A stretch of DNA of 64,000 nt from Candidatus Parcubacteria bacterium. Its GTDB lineage: Bacteria; Patescibacteriota; Minisyncoccia; SURF-38. A model generated the notes under the pieces. It was not told where the DNA came from. It searched no databases and saw only the letters and a program-made list of their open reading frames with translations. Position 1 is the stretch's first letter; each line of letters begins with the position of its first letter. Shown piece after piece: positions 28,003 to 36,892 of the stretch. Position numbers and translations under genes: made by a program. The stretch spans positions 812 to 64,811 of the forward strand of contig QZJN01000007.1 in NCBI GenBank assembly GCA_003599335.1, in the 5' to 3' direction.

Positions 28003-28048
28003 AAGGCCCGGAGCCAAAATTAACTTTTGGCGCCGGGCCTTTTCTTTT
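28003..28048 (+). terminator. Hairpin/terminator, copy B of the repeat flanking pyrD
   Basis: AAGGCCCGGAGCCAAAA-TTAAC-TTTTGGCGCCGGGCCTTTTCTTTT. Confidence 0.8.
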
Positions 28049-28071
28049 TATTTAATTTTCGTACAATAACA

Positions 28072-28422
28072 ATGATGACCCCTCAAACGTGGCAAAAATG
28101 GTACACTCGCGTTATTGGAGTATTTTTTATACTTGTTTCAATTTCTCTTATCGCCGATTTTGCGCAATTTGGCTTCCGGCCAGAAACAATGCATAAAATC
28201 TTTCACGTTTTGCTTGGAATAATTATTGTAAAATTTGGCTGGAACAACGAGGCTTGGTGGAAGCCCTTTGCTTTGACCAACGGATCGTTTTTTACATTTG
28301 TAGCTTTGTCTGGACTAATCTTCCCAGATTTTGGTGGCTTGGATGCATTCAATAATCTTGATACAATCTTGCATAGTATAGTTGGCGTTTCAGGATTAAT
28401 AATTGGATCAATAAAAGGATGA
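28072..28422 (+). CDS. DUF4383-like four-TM membrane protein
   Basis: HKIFHVLLG and NNLDTILHSIVG histidine motifs; ATG at 28072 just after TACAAT. Confidence 0.7.
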   Translation: MMTPQTWQKWYTRVIGVFFILVSISLIADFAQFGFRPETMHKIFHVLLGIIIVKFGWNNEAWWKPFALTNGSFFTFVALSGLIFPDFGGLDAFNNLDTILHSIVGVSGLIIGSIKG

Positions 28423-28841
28423 TTAAATCGCTTGGAAAACTTTTTATAATTATTGGCCTTGTTACTTTTGGATTTGTCGCTTTATTTTTCTGGCTTATAG
28501 GGCAAAGCGAAAATCTTGCCAATTTAAGTATCGGCACGGCATTATTTAGCACTGTGCTTATAGTTGTTTTTGCCGTTTCCGTTGCATTCTTCATCCTTGG
28601 TATGATTTTGTATTTTGTGGGCAAAAGGATAACTAGAAACCAGAGACCAGAAACCAGAAACCAAGGACGAATGCTTGCCTGCCGGGACGTTGGGATGGAT
28701 TGCGACCATATTGTTTATGGTAAAAACGATGCTGAAGTTTTGGAAAACGCCAAAAAACACGCGATTACCCACGGCTTCACGGAAAAAGATTTAACCGAAC
28801 AATTCCTTAATCGCCTTAAATCGGCAATCAAAGATAAATAA
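28419..28841 (+). CDS. Two-TM protein fused to a DUF1059-like metal-binding domain
   Basis: C-terminal MLACRDVGMDC...EVLE...HA..HG; internal heptamer repeats encode TRNQRPETRNQ. Confidence 0.7.
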   Translation: MIKSLGKLFIIIGLVTFGFVALFFWLIGQSENLANLSIGTALFSTVLIVVFAVSVAFFILGMILYFVGKRITRNQRPETRNQGRMLACRDVGMDCDHIVYGKNDAEVLENAKKHAITHGFTEKDLTEQFLNRLKSAIKDK

Positions 28842-28868
28842 AAAACGCCAACATTGTAAAAAACCACA

Positions 28869-29459
28869 ATGGCTAAAATAAACAATAAGTTAATATATAT
28901 TAACTTACGTGATTTTTTCAAATCAGAAAAAAATCAAAACGAAATAATCACCTCTATAAAAAATGGCGGTATTATAATTTACCCAACAGATACTATTTAT
29001 GGCATTGGCTGCGATGCAACAAACAAAAAAGCTGTTTTACGCTTAAATAAGGCAAAACAAAGAAAGCCTGGCCAACCTTTCTCCCTAATTGCACCGTCAA
29101 TAAACTGGATTTACAAACATACAACCATAAAGAAGTACGCCATAAAATATTTAAAGAGATTGCCTGGTCGCTATACATTCATTCTCAAAGCCAAACCAAG
29201 TATTAAACATTTAGTAACCAAAGGCGCTGTCGGAGTTCGTATTCCAAAACATAAATTTACGGATATTATCCGCAAACACAAAATTTTATTGATCACAACC
29301 TCGGTGAATTTATCCGGCCAGCCTCCGGCTAGAAGCGTGAGAGAAATGCCGGCTCGCCTTAAAAAAGCAGCTTCTCATATAATTAACGCCGGACAGTTTG
29401 GAGGAAAACCATCAACAATAATTGATCTAACCGGCCAAAAGCCAAAAAAGATTAGATAA
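28869..29459 (+). CDS. L-threonylcarbamoyladenylate synthase (Sua5/TsaC/YrdC)
   Basis: YPTDTIYGIGC, K.R, VGVRIP, TTSVNLSG, PSTIIDL. Confidence 0.93.
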   Translation: MAKINNKLIYINLRDFFKSEKNQNEIITSIKNGGIIIYPTDTIYGIGCDATNKKAVLRLNKAKQRKPGQPFSLIAPSINWIYKHTTIKKYAIKYLKRLPGRYTFILKAKPSIKHLVTKGAVGVRIPKHKFTDIIRKHKILLITTSVNLSGQPPARSVREMPARLKKAASHIINAGQFGGKPSTIIDLTGQKPKKIR

Positions 29460-29462
29460 ATC

Positions 29463-29487
29463 AAAAAGCCCTCGATGAGGGCTTTTT
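29463..29487. terminator. Bidirectional intrinsic terminator
   Basis: AAAAAGCCCTC-GAT-GAGGGCTTTTT between convergent genes. Confidence 0.85.
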
Positions 29488-29502
29488 GAGTTTTGTAAAA
29501 AT

Positions 29503-30144
29503 TTATCTTTTAAAGACTATAAACTTGTATCCCAAGAAATTCCACACAAGAGCTGCAAACGTTGCTATAATTGCCCCAACATTTGCCCAAACTTCAACCC
29601 TTAACCCCCCTTGTGGTCCCAAAACATTAACGACAAATCCGGCAACCGCAACATTAATTAAAAGCCCAATAATGCTTACCACCAAAAACTGAAAAAATTC
29701 TTTACCATGATGTTCATGTTCTGGAACATTTGAGCCGGCCATCGCATGCGTATCTCCGGCTTTAAACGTCCAAAACTTATTCCAAAAATAGCTATTTATA
29801 ACAGCGGCAGTGAATGCAATGGCTTTAAAACCCAAGAAAACTTTACCCGCAGCAATTGCAGAAGCAAATATCAATAAATTCAAAAGCCCTAAATCAATAA
29901 AAGTATTTAAAGCTCCAACAAGAGCAAATTTTGCCAACTGAGTCAAAACGGCCCATTTTGCCGAAAGCCATTCCGCAATATACATTCCAAAAGCCGAGAG
30001 CGCCGGAAAAACAATCGGAATCGCAATATTAAAATATGGAATTGGGATCTGAAGATTAGCATTGGTTGCAATAACCAACCAAGCAACAACCTCACCAATG
30101 ACGGCCGCGGCTATTAAATCATTTTTATGGACATTTATATTCAT
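29503..30144 (-). CDS. GtrA family membrane protein
   Basis: KFALVGALNTFIDLG, NSYFWNKFWTF, WNFLGYKFIVF. Confidence 0.9.
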   Translation of the reverse strand: MNINVHKNDLIAAAVIGEVVAWLVIATNANLQIPIPYFNIAIPIVFPALSAFGMYIAEWLSAKWAVLTQLAKFALVGALNTFIDLGLLNLLIFASAIAAGKVFLGFKAIAFTAAVINSYFWNKFWTFKAGDTHAMAGSNVPEHEHHGKEFFQFLVVSIIGLLINVAVAGFVVNVLGPQGGLRVEVWANVGAIIATFAALVWNFLGYKFIVFKR

Positions 30145-30153
30145 ATCTATCTT

Positions 30154-30624
30154 TCACTTATTAGATTTTATTTCGTTAACCTTTTTTCTAACTTCATGGG
30201 GATCTGAAATATGACTAAATGCAATCTCCTGGATTGAAGTCCCGGCGCTATTAAACAATACCGCACCCGAACCAAATAGAAGTTTTTCAATAAATCCCTC
30301 CTTAACCATTATATCAGTAAGTTTATCAAATTCTATCTCAACAAGATGGGTATTAAGGAACTGAAAATAAGAGATAACGCGTCTGTCTGTAACAATATAC
30401 ACATAGGCTGCCTGTAAATACAGGCTATATAAAAATAAGACCAATGCCACGAACAAACCAATCGACATGCCAATAGCATCACCGCTTAAACCCAAAAGGA
30501 AAATGCCAACCCCAAGCACAGCCCAAAAAAAGGCGTAAGCTTTATTAATACCCCAAACCCCAATAAGCTTCTCCCCGGCCGAAAGATTTTTTTGCGCCAA
30601 TGTTTGACGCCTTGTTTCAAACAT
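30154..30624 (-). CDS. Membrane protein with bacterial PH domain
   Basis: Two TMs followed by YIVTDRRVI...KLTDIMV..G..EKLLFGSGAV; start at the ATG at 30624. Confidence 0.8.
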   Translation of the reverse strand: MFETRRQTLAQKNLSAGEKLIGVWGINKAYAFFWAVLGVGIFLLGLSGDAIGMSIGLFVALVLFLYSLYLQAAYVYIVTDRRVISYFQFLNTHLVEIEFDKLTDIMVKEGFIEKLLFGSGAVLFNSAGTSIQEIAFSHISDPHEVRKKVNEIKSNK

Positions 30625-30628
30625 AAGT

Positions 30629-33043
30629 TTAAGACTGGGATTGTGTCTGCTGGACCGTTGAGGTTGCGGCCTGCAATTTATCCCAGATCTCACGCTCAAC
30701 AACATCTTTTGGACGACCGTATTTATTTAAAGCATACGCCCTAACCCTATCAATCCATTGAAGATCCGGTTTTGGCAAAGGAAGAGTTTTCATATTAAAC
30801 GGCTTTGAAGTCTGGCCGCCGATTATCATTTTTATATAAGCGTTGTAGTTATCAATATTTATAAGATCGTTTGAGGAAAAAACAGGCTCCATTTGTTTAG
30901 AAAGAAAATCTCCATCTTCCGGCCCAACACGAAAGGCGACGATCGTGCCAACGTTGCCAAAAACGGCATCGCGAATGTTTTGCGGAAGTTGAGCTATGAA
31001 TTGATGCGCAACAGTGAGGCTTAAACGATATTTTCTTGCTTCGGATAAGATTGAGGCAAAAGAATCGGTTGTAAAATTCTGAAACTCATCGACATAAAGG
31101 TAAAAATCCCTTCTCAAGGATTCAGGAATGTCTCCCCTGCCAAGGGCAGCCATCTGCAGCTTTGAAACCAAAATCAAACCAAGCAAGTGGCTGTTTACCT
31201 CGCCGATTTTCCCCTTGGAAAGATTTGCCAATAAAATTTTCCCCTTGTCCATAATATCTCTGAAATTAAATGCCGAATAAGGTTGGCCGATGATATTTCT
31301 CATGGCCGTGTTTTCAATAAACCGACCTAATTTTGAAATAAGATATCCCAACATTTCGGAACGATGAAAATCCGAAGTTTGAGCCATTTCTTTTTCCCAG
31401 AATGATCTAACCAAAGGATCGGTAACTTTCTGAAGTTTTACTTTTACAAATTCTTTGTCGGTAAAAATCCTTGGAATTTCAACTATAGTTCCGGGGCTTT
31501 CTTTTTCGGCGGCCAAAGTAAGCATGGCGTTTCGCATATTATGCTCAAACAAAGGCCCTGTCATTTCCGGTGGAAACAATTTAAGAAAAATTGCTATCAT
31601 TTCCTGAACCGCCAGATCTTTTTGATCTTCGGTCTGCCATTCAAGCATGTTTAGACCCATAGGCCGTTCGGTAAAACTTGGATCGAAATAAACGACATCA
31701 TCAAGCCTCTCTTTGGGTATATAGCTCAAAACCGTATTAACAAGCTCTCCATGAGGATCAATAACCGCCACGCCATGACCAGCTTCGATGTCTTGCTTTA
31801 TTAAAGAGCCTATAAAATTTGATTTACCGGTGCCGGTCTGACCGACTATATAAAGATGCCTTCTTCTGTCATCGGGAGACATTTTTACGAGCCTTGTTGC
31901 GCCACGATAAACATTTTCTCCAAGCACCAACCCTTCCTGGGGAAGATTAACCGGTGGCTCTGCCGGTTTAGATTTTAACCAGGCAATTTTCGGAACGCTC
32001 ATGCCGGGCGGAGGAAAATGGAACAAAGCGGCAAGCTCGGAAGCACTCAGAAACAAAGACTCCGCTTTATTGAAAAGCCTAAAAGAATAATTAAAAGTGA
32101 ATTTTTTTAAAGAAGAGCCGGAAATCCTCCTTACTTTAAACGAATTAAGCCCACTTTCTTGAAATTGGGCAAAATAATCTTCCAAATTGGCAACTATCGT
32201 TTGCGCCTGAACTTGAGTCGGGGCCGAAACTATAAGCCTAATATTAGCTTCAAAATTAACCTGACTGCCCTTTTTATTTATAAGCTGGGCGCTTTCATCG
32301 GCAACAGAGGCTACAAACCTCGGAGCTTTATCTTTTTCACTTAAAGATTTTCCGCGCAGAGCATCTTCTAAGCTTAATCCCTCTGCCAACTTCCTAACGA
32401 TCGATCTTGCTTTCTCGTTTAAGGAAGTTGCCCCTTTTCTCAAGACTATCTGATAACTTGCTCCCTCTCCCTCTTTTGCAAGCTTTGTAAAAATATTCGT
32501 CAGGCTCGGCAAAGGATCGGAGCTGAAGCGAGAAACATCCTTAACCGGCAATACTGAATCCCGCGATAAAACAATATATGAACCGGCTGTTGAACCTTGG
32601 GGATGAAAAATATTATAATCATCAATCGGCTCGACATAGGCTTCCGGATAAAGAGCCTGAATTTGTTTCGTTATGGCCTCTTCTAATTCTTCGGGTGTTG
32701 AAACATAAAATCTTATTTCCTCTCCTATGTGATGAACAGAAATTTCAAAAGCCAAAGCCGGCCATCTTAACTTTTTACTACGTTCCAAAATTCCTGCCAA
32801 AGAAGCGAAAAATTGTTCTGCCACGCCGGAATATTCCTTGAATTCAGAGGGGTGAACATTTGAACTTTGGGGTAAAGTTACCAATAGTAATTTTGTGTGC
32901 AATGCCCTAAGCGTCTGATTTTTTGACTCCCAACGAAGCCAAAAAAGCCAAAGAATCAAAATTAAAATTAAAAAAACAAAAAATGCGGCCGCCCCGCCTA
33001 TAAGACCGGCTTGAGAAATTTTTGCCAATAAAATCGTTTCCAT
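30629..33043 (-). CDS. VirD4/TraG-like (HerA/FtsK superfamily) ATPase, CPR type
   Basis: N-terminal TM, RRRHLYIVGQTGTGKS (Walker A), IDPHGE, LYVDEFQNF (Walker B), LSEARKYRLSL..AHQ. Confidence 0.9.
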   Translation of the reverse strand: METILLAKISQAGLIGGAAAFFVFLILILILWLFWLRWESKNQTLRALHTKLLLVTLPQSSNVHPSEFKEYSGVAEQFFASLAGILERSKKLRWPALAFEISVHHIGEEIRFYVSTPEELEEAITKQIQALYPEAYVEPIDDYNIFHPQGSTAGSYIVLSRDSVLPVKDVSRFSSDPLPSLTNIFTKLAKEGEGASYQIVLRKGATSLNEKARSIVRKLAEGLSLEDALRGKSLSEKDKAPRFVASVADESAQLINKKGSQVNFEANIRLIVSAPTQVQAQTIVANLEDYFAQFQESGLNSFKVRRISGSSLKKFTFNYSFRLFNKAESLFLSASELAALFHFPPPGMSVPKIAWLKSKPAEPPVNLPQEGLVLGENVYRGATRLVKMSPDDRRRHLYIVGQTGTGKSNFIGSLIKQDIEAGHGVAVIDPHGELVNTVLSYIPKERLDDVVYFDPSFTERPMGLNMLEWQTEDQKDLAVQEMIAIFLKLFPPEMTGPLFEHNMRNAMLTLAAEKESPGTIVEIPRIFTDKEFVKVKLQKVTDPLVRSFWEKEMAQTSDFHRSEMLGYLISKLGRFIENTAMRNIIGQPYSAFNFRDIMDKGKILLANLSKGKIGEVNSHLLGLILVSKLQMAALGRGDIPESLRRDFYLYVDEFQNFTTDSFASILSEARKYRLSLTVAHQFIAQLPQNIRDAVFGNVGTIVAFRVGPEDGDFLSKQMEPVFSSNDLINIDNYNAYIKMIIGGQTSKPFNMKTLPLPKPDLQWIDRVRAYALNKYGRPKDVVEREIWDKLQAATSTVQQTQSQS

Positions 33044-33056
33044 TTATCTAGGAATT

Positions 33057-33242
33057 TTATTTGCCCTTATGTTGTTGCTCAATAAGAGCGTCTCGCAATT
33101 CATTTGTAAGCGTATCGTGAAATTTATCAAGCAAAAAAGGATCGTTGATTTTTCTGGCTTTTTCAACAGCTTTAGCCAACCCTTCTTTGAAAGCCATTTC
33201 AACCAATTCCTCAAGTTGAGCCTCCCACTGTGGTTGTTCCAT
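33057..33242 (-). CDS. Small hypothetical protein
   Basis: Helical ORF (LVEMAFKEGLAKAV...PFLLDKFHDTL) ending 13 nt upstream of the ATPase; TATAAT upstream. Confidence 0.75.
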   Translation of the reverse strand: MEQPQWEAQLEELVEMAFKEGLAKAVEKARKINDPFLLDKFHDTLTNELRDALIEQQHKGK

Positions 33243-33346
33243 ATATATCTACATTATATATCAAATCCGAAACAAATGGTTGTTGAAAATATCGCTTCTG
33301 ATTGGGAAGAAAATGAGATACAATTAGACTATCTGACAAACTGAAT

Positions 33347-34912
33347 ATGAAACGTTCATTGTATTGGAGTTTCTTAATCGGAATTGTGGTTCTTGGGGCT
33401 TTCTTTAGATTTTATAACCTTGATTCCATACCTCCTGGGCTTTACCCAGACGAGGCAATAAAAGGAAACGAAGGATGGCAAGCCGCCAACAACGGTGATT
33501 TTAAGATTTTCTATCCCGACAACAACGGCCGAGAAGGTCTTTGGATAAATTTAATAGGCATCTTCTTAAAAATATTTGGGCATGACATTGTGTCAATTCG
33601 CCTTCTGCCAGCCCTTATCGGCACTCTAACAATTTTAGCCATTTGGCTTTTAACCAAAGAATTATTTACTCAAGAAAGAATTGCTCTTTGGTCCTCCTTT
33701 TTCTTGGCTACTGGTTTTTGGCACATTAACTTCAGCCGAATTGGATTTCGTGCCATACTTGTTCCATTTCTTTTAAGTCTTACTTTTGGATTTCTGCTCA
33801 AGGGCCTTAAGACAAATAAATTCTGGCCTTTTGTCTTGGCCGGGATTTCCTTTGGAATTGGCTTTCATACATATATAGCTTTTCGTTTTATTCCTCTTTT
33901 GCTTATAATTTTTCTGCTTGCATGGTGGTGGCAAGAAAAAGGATCTCTAAAACCTTCCGGCTGCAGCCTGTGTTTTAAAGTTTTATTATTTTTAGCGGTA
34001 ACTTTTATTGTTGCTCTCCCCATAGGACTTTATTTTCTGCAAAACCCGCAAGATTTTTTCGGAAGAGCCACAGACGTATCAATCTTTTCCTCGTCAAATC
34101 CGCTGAAGGCTTTTGTTTGGAGCACGGTAAAAACACTTGGCCAATTTAATATTGTAGGTGATCACAACTGGAGACATAATTATTCTGGCAGGCCGGAATT
34201 ACTTATACCGGTTGGAATATTTTTCTTAATAGGCCTTCTTTCAACCATAAAAAGACTCCTAAAAAGAATCCCGGATCAAACGCAACCTCTTAGCACCCAC
34301 GCATTTTTGCTTTCCGGTTTTTTAATAATGATGCTTCCGTCAAGTCTTACTTCAGAAGGCGTGCCTCACGCCTTAAGAACCATTGGCATGATTCCTTTTG
34401 CAATGATCTTTGCCGGTGTTGGATTTGAGGCATTTTATCAATGGCTTTTATCTTTACAAAAAAGAGGCATGGCTTTGCTTTCCATAAAAATAACAATGGT
34501 TGTAATTATAATCGCAATCGCCTCTTTTGAATTCCATAAATACTTCCTCAATTGGGCTAAACGAAACGAAGTAAAAGACGCTTTTTCAAATTATTTCGTG
34601 CAAATTGGAAGAGAACTTAAAACTCAACCGGCTGATTTTACAAAATATGTCATTGTTAATCAGGGTGGAGTTTTGGTTAACGGCGTGCCAATGCCGGCGC
34701 AAACCGTAATTTTTGAAGCTCACGATACTCCAAATGTTGTTTATATAAACGAAGATCAAATACCATCGATAAAGCTTGACGATAAATCTGTCATTATTCC
34801 TCTTCATTTCAACAAGGAGATACAAAAAGAAATGGAAAATATTTTTGGCAAAATTTTCATAAGAACAACATTAAATAACGTTTTTGTAGTAAGCTTACCA
34901 AACGATAAATAA
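33347..34912 (+). CDS. GT-C glycosyltransferase (ArnT/PMT-like)
   Basis: RFYNL..PPGLYPDEA, multiple TMs, WHINFSRIGFRA. Confidence 0.88.
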   Translation: MKRSLYWSFLIGIVVLGAFFRFYNLDSIPPGLYPDEAIKGNEGWQAANNGDFKIFYPDNNGREGLWINLIGIFLKIFGHDIVSIRLLPALIGTLTILAIWLLTKELFTQERIALWSSFFLATGFWHINFSRIGFRAILVPFLLSLTFGFLLKGLKTNKFWPFVLAGISFGIGFHTYIAFRFIPLLLIIFLLAWWWQEKGSLKPSGCSLCFKVLLFLAVTFIVALPIGLYFLQNPQDFFGRATDVSIFSSSNPLKAFVWSTVKTLGQFNIVGDHNWRHNYSGRPELLIPVGIFFLIGLLSTIKRLLKRIPDQTQPLSTHAFLLSGFLIMMLPSSLTSEGVPHALRTIGMIPFAMIFAGVGFEAFYQWLLSLQKRGMALLSIKITMVVIIIAIASFEFHKYFLNWAKRNEVKDAFSNYFVQIGRELKTQPADFTKYVIVNQGGVLVNGVPMPAQTVIFEAHDTPNVVYINEDQIPSIKLDDKSVIIPLHFNKEIQKEMENIFGKIFIRTTLNNVFVVSLPNDK

Positions 34913-34925
34913 GTTAATAATAAAC

Positions 34926-36794
34926 ATGAATAAAAAATTTACATACATAGCGGTAGCATTAATTCTTGGCGTCATGGGCGCTTTAGCCATTGGCAGCTTC
35001 TGGAATGATGCCGTGACAACAGATGAATCTCCTCACACCGTTGCCGGTTATACCTATCTTAAATTCAAAGATTTTAGGATAAACCCAGAACACCCCCCGC
35101 TTATGAAAGATTTGGCCGGCTTGCCTTTACAATTTCAAAATCTTAATTTCCCGACAGAACACCCCGCATGGAAAGATAATGTAAACGATCAATGGTGGCT
35201 TGGACCGGTATTTCTTTATGAGTCAGGAAACAATCCTGATAAAATTATCAGATCAGCAAGATTAAGTGTGGTTATTTTTCTCTTTCTCTTGGGATGGTTT
35301 GTATTCCGCTTCGCGCGAAGCACATACGGAACAAAGGTTGCCCTAATGAGCCTTTTCTTGTTTGCATTCTCGCCTACTTTTTTGGCTCATGGGCGCTATG
35401 TAACAACGGATGTCGGAGCAACCTTGGGTTTTTTTATAGGAATATTTTATTTTCTAAGGTATCTCAAACAAAGAACAAATAGAAGTATGGTCGCGGCCGG
35501 TATAGCTCTTGGCATAGCGCTGCTTCTAAAATTCTCAAACTTTTTACTAGTGCCGTTCATTGGCCTCTTGGCGCTGATAGCCTCGTTGATAAATTGGCAA
35601 AAACCAGACCCTCAACAACAAATGACCGCTTTCAAAAATTCAAGGCAAATTGGCTTTGCTCTGCTTGGGATATTCGCAATCGCGGGAATCCTTATATGGA
35701 TAGTTTACGCTTTCCACGTTTGGGGCTATCCGCCAGAAAGACAAACGGCTGATATGGCTCATAATCTTTCCTCTTTTGGTTCTCGTTTCCTCGCAGATAC
35801 AGCTATAAAATTAAGTGAAATTTCAATTTTAAGACCCTTGGCCCAGTATCTCCACGGACTTTTGATGGTTGTACAAAGAGCAAGCGGGGGCAACACGACT
35901 TATTTTCTTGGAGAAGTGTCTGCCGCTGGGTGGACTCATTATTTTCCCGTTGTCTACCTGATAAAAGAACAGGTCGGCCTGCACATTCTTACAATCATAG
36001 CTTTCCTAACCTCCTTAGGAGGACTTTGGATCGCCTGGAAAAATTTACCCAGGAGAAAAATTGGCTTTTTGTGGGCGCGATTCAAAGAATGGTTATTAAA
36101 CTACAGAAATTTCGTTACTTTGACAGGTCTTTTATTTATCGCGATGTACTGGATAAATTCGATGACCAGTAATCTTAATATAGGCGTAAGACACGTTCTG
36201 CCGACGTTTCCGTTTATATATATGCTTGTTAGTTATCAAATCTTTAAATGGCTTGAAACGACAAATGTAAAAATAGAACCGAAAAATCCGTTTCATATTA
36301 TTACTGAATTTTTCCGCTCTTATCTTGCGACAGCCATCAAGGGAGCTTTTGTTGCTTTCATATTAATCTGGTATTTGCTCACGGCGGTTTTAACTTATCC
36401 TTTTTATCTTTCATATTTCAACGAACTTGTCGGCGGACCAGCCAAGGGATATCTTTACGCCGTTGACTCAAACCTTGATTGGGGTCAAGATCTAAAACGG
36501 CTGGCTGATTTTGTCGAAAAAAACAACATAGATAAAATACGAATTGATTACTTTGGAGGCGGCTCGCCTCGATATTATCTTGGCGATAAATTCATTCCCT
36601 GGCAGCCTTCAAAAGGAGAAGAGCCCGGCTGGATAGCCGTTTCTGCAACATTACTAATGGGTCAAACTGGAAAAACAGCGCCTGGTTTTATAAGAAACCC
36701 CCAGGATGAATACACTTGGCTTTTAAAACACAAGCCTGTTGCTCAAATTGGATATTCAATCTTTGTATTTAACATCCCCAAAGAAAAGCCTTAA
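34926..36794 (+). CDS. GT-C glycosyltransferase (ArnT/PMT-like)
   Basis: TTDESPH, NPEHPPLMK, LAHGRYVTTD, NIGVRH, DSNLDWGQD. Confidence 0.88.
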   Translation: MNKKFTYIAVALILGVMGALAIGSFWNDAVTTDESPHTVAGYTYLKFKDFRINPEHPPLMKDLAGLPLQFQNLNFPTEHPAWKDNVNDQWWLGPVFLYESGNNPDKIIRSARLSVVIFLFLLGWFVFRFARSTYGTKVALMSLFLFAFSPTFLAHGRYVTTDVGATLGFFIGIFYFLRYLKQRTNRSMVAAGIALGIALLLKFSNFLLVPFIGLLALIASLINWQKPDPQQQMTAFKNSRQIGFALLGIFAIAGILIWIVYAFHVWGYPPERQTADMAHNLSSFGSRFLADTAIKLSEISILRPLAQYLHGLLMVVQRASGGNTTYFLGEVSAAGWTHYFPVVYLIKEQVGLHILTIIAFLTSLGGLWIAWKNLPRRKIGFLWARFKEWLLNYRNFVTLTGLLFIAMYWINSMTSNLNIGVRHVLPTFPFIYMLVSYQIFKWLETTNVKIEPKNPFHIITEFFRSYLATAIKGAFVAFILIWYLLTAVLTYPFYLSYFNELVGGPAKGYLYAVDSNLDWGQDLKRLADFVEKNNIDKIRIDYFGGGSPRYYLGDKFIPWQPSKGEEPGWIAVSATLLMGQTGKTAPGFIRNPQDEYTWLLKHKPVAQIGYSIFVFNIPKEKP

Positions 36795-36824
36795 CTACTT
36801 GAGCTTATAATGTTTATATATTTC

Positions 36825-36849
36825 ATAAACTTTTTTCAAAAAAGTTTAT
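36825..36849. repeat. AT-rich perfect inverted repeat ATAAACTTTTTT-C-AAAAAAGTTTAT
   Basis: 12-bp arms with a 1-nt centre, between convergent genes. Confidence 0.6.
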
Positions 36850-36892
36850 TCTTTGAATTTCAAACGACTTCCTTTAGTTTTTCCCTTCCGCC

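Noticed and set aside
20680-29000. Duplicated tRNA-Gln 3' end marking the island's right border
   Set aside because: No second copy of TTCGAATCCAAGTCCCGCA was seen by eye, so the island boundaries remain inferred
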